From an uncultured virus (IMG/VR IMGVR_UViG_3300024235_000284) (Duplodnaviria; Heunggongvirae; Uroviricota; Caudoviricetes), in the IMG/VR virus record IMGVR_UViG_3300024235_000284: 64,000 nt of DNA, one strand, 5' to 3'. Made by a program: the position numbers and the translations under genes. The notes under the pieces are model-generated. The model ran no database searches, was not told where the DNA came from, and was given only the letters and a program-made list of their open reading frames with translations. Shown in pieces: positions 58,743-64,000 of this stretch; position 1 is the stretch's first letter, and each line of letters starts with the position of its first letter.

Positions 58743-59152
58743 TGAGTGTTGGATTCACATGTGGAGCAATGGATCTGTTGCATGCCGGTCACGTCTTGAT
58801 GTTAGCTGACTGTCGGAGCAAATGTGATCACCTGATCGTAGGATTACACACCAACCCGCAGCTTGATCGTCCGGGTAAAAACAAGCCGATACAATCGTTA
58901 ATAGAACGCTACATACAGCTGCAAGGATGTAAATATGTTGATCAGATTATACCGTATGAAACAGAAGCTGATCTTATCGAGATTCTCAAATCAGTACCAA
59001 TTGATGTGAGGTTTGTTGGTGCGGATTGGAAGGATAAACCATACACAGGTCATGAGATAGACAAAATAAACGTACAATACAACACAAGAGATCATGATTA
59101 CAGTAGTTCTGGTTTGAGAACACGAATCGCTCAAGCGCAACAGAATAAGTAA
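58721..59152 (+). CDS. Cytidylyltransferase (TagD/RfaE-II-like)
   Basis: GAMDLLHAGH, KNKPIQSLIER, GADW, YSSSGLR. Confidence 0.9.
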   Translation: MVRIGNVMSVGFTCGAMDLLHAGHVLMLADCRSKCDHLIVGLHTNPQLDRPGKNKPIQSLIERYIQLQGCKYVDQIIPYETEADLIEILKSVPIDVRFVGADWKDKPYTGHEIDKINVQYNTRDHDYSSSGLRTRIAQAQQNK

Positions 59153-59350
59153 TCATGTGAACCATGAAAGTAATGAGCAATTATTAAAACGTTACCAGCG
59201 CGCGTTGAAGCGAATTCAATGGTTGGAACAGGAGGTCATGAGATTGAAAATGATCCTGGAAGGTGTAGATGTGATGAAAAACTCACTTCCCACAAAAAAG
59301 TAGCTTGATTTCTAGCAACAAATTATATATAATAGAGGAACATAACTATT

Positions 59351-60001
59351 ATGAAGACAAAACTAATAATCGCTGCACTTGCATGTGCATTGTCTATCAA
59401 CGCTGCCCAAGCGGACGTACAAAGTTCGCTAGGAGTTAAGCATACCTCTGATTACTATTATCGAGGTGCTCAACTGTCACAAGACGCGTTGCAACTAAAC
59501 GTAGGTGTCAACACCACAATGTCCGGTTTGGATGTATCTGTTGGATACTTGACAAACCAGGCCGCGGATGACACAAACACCGACACACTGTCGCTACAGA
59601 TTGGAAAAACCGTGCTAGATAAAAGATTGAATCTAGTTGCTGGTGTTTACAATATGGACGCTGATGGCTCACCGGATCACACACAAGTATATATAGGCGG
59701 CAGTCTGAATGTATTGTTGAGTCCAACTGTCACGGTTTTTCGTGACACAAGTGACGATCTGTACACATACGAGTTCGGAGTCTATCATGGCTTTGACGTC
59801 GGTGGTGCGGATTTGACTCTTGGAGCAGCAGTAGGCCGTACAGAGTTGACAAGTGTGCTAGACCGTGATTACGGATCGGTCAGTGCTCGTTTGAGCAAAA
59901 CGATTGGTGCTGTGACTCCACATGTACAAGTTGCGTTGGTTGATTCTGACATCACTTCACGTGAAACTGTTGTTTGTCTAGGAGTGGACTTCAAGTTCTA
60001 G
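59351..60001 (+). CDS. Outer-membrane beta-barrel protein (TIGR02001/TorF-like)
   Basis: Signal peptide, SDYYYRG motif, alternating strands, terminal GVDFKF. Confidence 0.75.
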   Translation: MKTKLIIAALACALSINAAQADVQSSLGVKHTSDYYYRGAQLSQDALQLNVGVNTTMSGLDVSVGYLTNQAADDTNTDTLSLQIGKTVLDKRLNLVAGVYNMDADGSPDHTQVYIGGSLNVLLSPTVTVFRDTSDDLYTYEFGVYHGFDVGGADLTLGAAVGRTELTSVLDRDYGSVSARLSKTIGAVTPHVQVALVDSDITSRETVVCLGVDFKF

Positions 60002-60018
60002 TAGCTGGGTATTTTATT

Positions 60019-60252
60019 ATGAAAGAAACACTAGAAACATTCAAAGGTCTCATCTGGGGCGTCACTTCGGTGCTCGTGTCAGCATTAGGCCTGCTGGTTG
60101 TTGCACAAGCCGTATTCGGTGAAGCAGCCAGTGTTAACGTTATTGGTAACCTGCAAGGGATTATCAACGGGTTTGTCGGAGAAGGAGCAAGCCTGGCAGG
60201 GGTGATCACATTACTTCTTGTGGTAGCATTGCTACAGAAGAAGAAAGAGTAA
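60019..60252 (+). CDS. Small two-helix membrane protein
   Basis: MKETLETFKGLIWG...LAGVITLLLVVALL. Confidence 0.7.
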   Translation: MKETLETFKGLIWGVTSVLVSALGLLVVAQAVFGEAASVNVIGNLQGIINGFVGEGASLAGVITLLLVVALLQKKKE

Positions 60253-60277
60253 ATATTAAACAGTTTACCCTGATCTG

Positions 60278-60308
60278 GCTCGAGTTCGTGAGAACTCGAG
60301 CTTTTTTT
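60278..60308 (+). terminator. Intrinsic terminator
   Basis: GCTCGAGTTC-GTGA-GAACTCGAGC + T7. Confidence 0.9.
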
Positions 60309-60330
60309 ATGTTTATATATAAATACTTGC

Positions 60331-60573
60331 ATGATTTTAGAGCCAGAAAAATTAGTTTTAATTGTGATAGGTCTTGTGGTTTCAATAATTACATATTTTA
60401 TAAAAAAGGAGAGTAACAAGCTTCAAAAACTTGGAGATGATGTGCGGAAGTTACAGAACGAGTTGACTAAGAACACATGTAAGGATCAAGAACGTTGGTA
60501 TTGGATAAATAAGCGTATGGAAGATCGGCGTGACGATTGTAAGAAATTATACGACCTGGTCAATAAACGTTAA
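60331..60573 (+). CDS. Small TM plus coiled-coil late protein (holin-like candidate)
   Basis: TATAAATA 5 nt before ATG; N-terminal TM. Confidence 0.65.
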   Translation: MILEPEKLVLIVIGLVVSIITYFIKKESNKLQKLGDDVRKLQNELTKNTCKDQERWYWINKRMEDRRDDCKKLYDLVNKR

Positions 60574-61127
60574 TCGTCCCACCCACTAGCGATCCATTTG
60601 GCAGCAGCCATTGTGGCGCCGAGCACATCATATCTCTCTAGACCTCTGGTCCATTTTTGTTTGTCGAACTGTTGTGCGTTTCGTAACGCATTTTCACCGA
60701 AGTGCTTGTGAAACTTGCTTCCAAAATACGCACCACTGTTCTTCACTAGATCCATTGCGGTTGCTGGTTCCACCTGCCAATAACTTCTAGCAGGACCACC
60801 ACCAACTTGCACTTTGGTTCGATATCCACTCTCAACAGCTCCGGTGTGTCTCAGGTATTTCACTAGTTGTTCATGAGTCTTTCCTTCATCACCCGCGAAG
60901 ATACTAGCAGCAATCTGTATGGCTCGTTCGGCCTCCGGAGGCACGGTGTAATTGCTGTCTATCACTTGTTGAGCTCGCCGCTCTTTGGCTGGATCGTTGC
61001 TAGTCTGATAATTCTTGCTCCAATCATCAACAAATCCGCCATGCAAGCTGCTAGCTGTCATCGCCGCAGCACCCATCATGCTACCCAATCGACCTTCGTT
61101 CACACAATACTGTTTAAATGTCTTCAT
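60570..61127 (-). CDS. Lysozyme-like/transglycosylase domain protein with capsid-targeting-like N-terminus
   Basis: MKTFKQYCVNE; AVESGY...GGPARSYWQVEPATA. Confidence 0.6.
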   Translation of the reverse strand: MKTFKQYCVNEGRLGSMMGAAAMTASSLHGGFVDDWSKNYQTSNDPAKERRAQQVIDSNYTVPPEAERAIQIAASIFAGDEGKTHEQLVKYLRHTGAVESGYRTKVQVGGGPARSYWQVEPATAMDLVKNSGAYFGSKFHKHFGENALRNAQQFDKQKWTRGLERYDVLGATMAAAKWIASGWDD

Positions 61128-61270
61128 TTTGTGGCTTCTAGCTTGTCACCAGCTTTCTTAGCAGCTTTGTATGCTTTGCTACCTTTCTTGGCACTCTTGC
61201 CTCCGCGTTTTTTCTTGGCGTTGATGTTGGCCCACAAGCCTTCAGTGTAGAATTCTTTGAACGTTTTCAT
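61124..61270 (-). CDS. Small basic internal-protein-like peptide (48 aa)
   Basis: Not in ORF track: MKTFKEFYTEGLWANINAKKKRGGKSAKKGSKAYKAAKKAGDKLEATK. Confidence 0.7.
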   Translation of the reverse strand: MKTFKEFYTEGLWANINAKKKRGGKSAKKGSKAYKAAKKAGDKLEATK

Positions 61271-61287
61271 CAGTCACCAGGCCCAGG

Positions 61288-62088
61288 TCAGTCAGTTGGA
61301 TCCGATCGGAATTTAGGTCCACCGTCACCATCAGCATCTGCATCTCCGCTCTTGAGAGCACCGCTCTTGGTGTAGTGTTTGCCTTTAGGTGCTCCACGAG
61401 TTTCGTGTAATGAACCACCTAGATCAGAAAGAGCCATGGCAAGAAAACGCTTGATTTCATATTCATGCTCCGGATCCAATTGATCCTTATACTTGATGAT
61501 CATGCCGGCTAAATCTTCGATTGAATAGCGCTCGAATGTTTCTGGTTGCTCGGTTTGTACTGGTTCAGATTCTGTTATTTCTAATTGGTCTGTTGTCGTG
61601 ACTGCCTCATATTTAGATAGGGCTTGATCCCACATGTAGTTAGTGTCATCCTCATCCTCAATGCCGAGATGGTTCGACAAATCATCGCGGAATCCACCAT
61701 CCTCGATGTAACCTATCAGCGAGTCTCCGTCCGGGAATTCAGGTTGGTTCCGAAAGAATCGGAGGTATTTCTGTTCCAATTCACGCAGTATTTCTTCATG
61801 TTCCTTCTTCCCACGCATTCTATCGAAAGTGTCTGCTGCTTGCATGATTAGTTTGTCCATCGCACCGACTGATTCATTCAAATCAGCCTCACCACCTTGA
61901 TCTAACTCCTTATCAACCTTTTCTTCATAACCTCGACCGCTGCACATCTTTTCCGCTTCAGCGCGGGAGTAACCATCACTCATGTAATCTCTAACACAGT
62001 CATACATCTCTTCCTCCACTATATCGTTACTACCTCTCTTGTTAACATAATTTTCCCATATAAGTTGCGTATCTTTATTTTCACTCAT
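61288..62088 (-). CDS. Acidic late protein, possibly head-internal
   Basis: TAAATA upstream; NKDTQLIWENY N-terminus. Confidence 0.7.
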   Translation of the reverse strand: MSENKDTQLIWENYVNKRGSNDIVEEEMYDCVRDYMSDGYSRAEAEKMCSGRGYEEKVDKELDQGGEADLNESVGAMDKLIMQAADTFDRMRGKKEHEEILRELEQKYLRFFRNQPEFPDGDSLIGYIEDGGFRDDLSNHLGIEDEDDTNYMWDQALSKYEAVTTTDQLEITESEPVQTEQPETFERYSIEDLAGMIIKYKDQLDPEHEYEIKRFLAMALSDLGGSLHETRGAPKGKHYTKSGALKSGDADADGDGGPKFRSDPTD

Positions 62089-62102
62089 ATATTTATTTAG
62101 TC

Positions 62103-63068
62103 ATGTATAACCTATGTTGCATCAGTTTAACACTAAAAAAATCCGGTTCGAATCATCGTGCCATGAGATTCAATCAATTTGAGAAGCATTCTAGGAGTGA
62201 ATCACTTGAGACATTAGGGAGTCGATCGCTAGAAAATCTACAAACCACACTAGACACGATGCGGTTCGCGCGGAAGAGAGGGTGGGGGTATCGTATAAGC
62301 AGCACGTTGTTTCCCTTGTTCAATCTGGATAAGGCTAATGTGTGTCTTGATGATCTTCCAAATGCCACGCTGATTCATGATAAATTTCACGAGATACACT
62401 CTTTTATGTCTGACCAGTCACCTGAAGATTTCCGTATCAGTTTTCATCCAGATCACTTTAACGTGCTGTGTAGTGCCAATGCTGAAGTGGTGAGGAGAAC
62501 CATCAACGAGCTTGACCATCACGCCTGGTTGATGGATAACTTCGCCGGGGTGGATAGCAGAAGCTATTGGTATCCGCTGAACATTCATATGAGTCGTAGT
62601 GCAGGTGACCCGGAAGTTATTGCTAAAGAGTTCATATCCAACTACCAGAAACTCCCGGAACGAGTCCGGGCGCGGTTGGTATTAGAAAATGAAGACAAAG
62701 GCGTATGGACCCCAGACATGTTGTTTGAATTGATTCACCTGGAAACAGGTATACCCATAACATATGACAATCTTCATCACCGGTGTAATCCCGGGCTATG
62801 GGGCATCGAAGAAGCGTTTCGTGTGTGTTGTAGCACCTGGAAAGCTCATGGTGTTAACCCTTTGTTTCACTACAGTGAGGGAGGAGCGAACAACAATCCA
62901 AGAGCACATACAGATTTTGCCACCAGCTCTCCAGTGTTATGGCGATCAGAGTATGACAGTTCGTACACAAGAGACATGCACGTGGATTGGGATATTGAGA
63001 TTAAACAAAAAGATTACGCCATAGATCACATGGTACAAATAGAGGAAAAGTCGCTTCATGCGATATAA
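62103..63068 (+). CDS. uvsE: UV damage endonuclease
   Basis: YRISSTLFP, RISFHPDHFNVL, NIH, RLVLENEDK, YDNLHH, HYSE, RAHTD, IEIKQKD. Confidence 0.93.
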   Translation: MYNLCCISLTLKKSGSNHRAMRFNQFEKHSRSESLETLGSRSLENLQTTLDTMRFARKRGWGYRISSTLFPLFNLDKANVCLDDLPNATLIHDKFHEIHSFMSDQSPEDFRISFHPDHFNVLCSANAEVVRRTINELDHHAWLMDNFAGVDSRSYWYPLNIHMSRSAGDPEVIAKEFISNYQKLPERVRARLVLENEDKGVWTPDMLFELIHLETGIPITYDNLHHRCNPGLWGIEEAFRVCCSTWKAHGVNPLFHYSEGGANNNPRAHTDFATSSPVLWRSEYDSSYTRDMHVDWDIEIKQKDYAIDHMVQIEEKSLHAI

Positions 63069-63077
63069 ATACATTAT

Positions 63078-63797
63078 ATGAAGGATATGGATTCGAAATT
63101 AATATACGAAAGGTTCAACTCACTGATAAATGAACAAAATAATATCACTAGTGACAAGCAAGTAGTGTTGAATGGCCTCGAGCAGATTGGTCGAATGTTA
63201 CCAGATGATCAACATGTTCAATGGAAAATCACCAACGGTAGTTTCAGCGGTTTGTCACCACATGATGCTGTGATTGAATTTGAGAGTGGTGAGAATGACC
63301 CCAAACCAGGTAGCTCACTATTTCAAGGTGTGAAGCCTGGAGATGGATATTACACCATACAGATGTTCGAGAAGTTTCTCAGAGCATGCTGGAATGATGA
63401 GTCAGTCGCCAGAAAGCATGGTATAGAGAATGCCAGTTACTCTGCAGAAGGTACATACAGTAAAAAGTCATTCTGGGTAGCGAATGACACACATTTCAAG
63501 GATGTTATGTCCGGGCAAGAGAGTGAAGTTTTTGATCCTCGAGGTTACCCTACTGCAGAGTACAAAGATGAATACAAACAGTTCTACGAGAACAAATCAC
63601 TGACTGAGATGTATGTAGATCAAGTGTTGAATGGTGGTCCGGTGAAGGATGAGGTGAAGGATTTGACTCCAGATAACTTCAAGTTACAGAAACACTGGCG
63701 TATATCATTATCAGCGAGATCAGAGAAGATATCAAAGGCTGCAGACGCAACATACGATGCGGTGGGCTACGGTAAAGGTCGATATATGGGTGATTGA
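63078..63797 (+). CDS. Late protein, possibly head-internal
   Basis: TATAAATA 6 nt before ATG; DSKLIYERF N-terminus. Confidence 0.7.
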   Translation: MKDMDSKLIYERFNSLINEQNNITSDKQVVLNGLEQIGRMLPDDQHVQWKITNGSFSGLSPHDAVIEFESGENDPKPGSSLFQGVKPGDGYYTIQMFEKFLRACWNDESVARKHGIENASYSAEGTYSKKSFWVANDTHFKDVMSGQESEVFDPRGYPTAEYKDEYKQFYENKSLTEMYVDQVLNGGPVKDEVKDLTPDNFKLQKHWRISLSARSEKISKAADATYDAVGYGKGRYMGD

Positions 63798-63847
63798 TCA
63801 GTAGAGCATTATTGTTTTAATTACATGGTGATATAAATATATATAAC

Positions 63848-64000
63848 ATGTACAACAATACTAAACGTAACAAAAACATATCCCTAGCGAACCTATTCCT
63901 AGGTTATACCTTATCTGTAATCTTCATCATACTGCTGATGTCGAACGTTAACAGCTCTAGAGATTCGGTTGAGATTATCACAAGGGTCGTTGAGGTCAAC
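63848..64000 (+). CDS. Membrane protein, truncated by window end
   Basis: TATAAATA upstream; MYNNTKR...LFLGYTLSVIFIILLM. Confidence 0.55.
   Translation, partial: MYNNTKRNKNISLANLFLGYTLSVIFIILLMSNVNSSRDSVEIITRVVEVN

Overview
This window is part of a large lytic dsDNA phage with T4-like transcription signals. There are many sigma70-type early promoters (AGTTGCGCA-N17-TATAAT type) and TATAAATA-like late promoters, both usually 5-7 nt ahead of the start codon. Layout: (1) 1-10 kb and 18.5-28.8 kb are dense minus-strand early genes, mostly hypothetical, including AbrB-like, DUF932, SprT-like, a phosphoribosyltransferase, RadA-like, tRNA-Thr(UGU) and tRNA-Ile2/Met(CAU). (2) 10.1-12.7 kb holds two unrelated proteins that end in the same GDPHxxTFxGxxYTL-stop tag. 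They flank a candidate free-standing remainder of a VWD domain and a sulfotransferase. (3) 13.7-17.6 kb holds late structural genes. (4) 17.58-18.46 kb is a highly structured region of about 880 nt with no credible ORF, its own promoter and a boxA-like leader. (5) 28.9-45.6 kb is an AT-rich glycan-modification island, most of it (35.2-45.6 kb) downstream of and co-oriented with a 1779-aa tail fibre. It includes three GT29-like sialyltransferases, a CMP-ulosonate synthetase and a DAHP-synthase-like enzyme with an altered KPRT motif. (6) 53-63 kb holds nrdA, a class Ic-like nrdB, ppa, a CysC-nucleotidyltransferase fusion, an outer-membrane barrel, internal-protein-like genes and UvsE. The best candidates for something undescribed are the split VWD/GDPH-tag module and the large structured RNA. 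All calls come from reading motifs by eye; no searches or folding programs were run. A Verrucomicrobiota/PVC host is an inference only.
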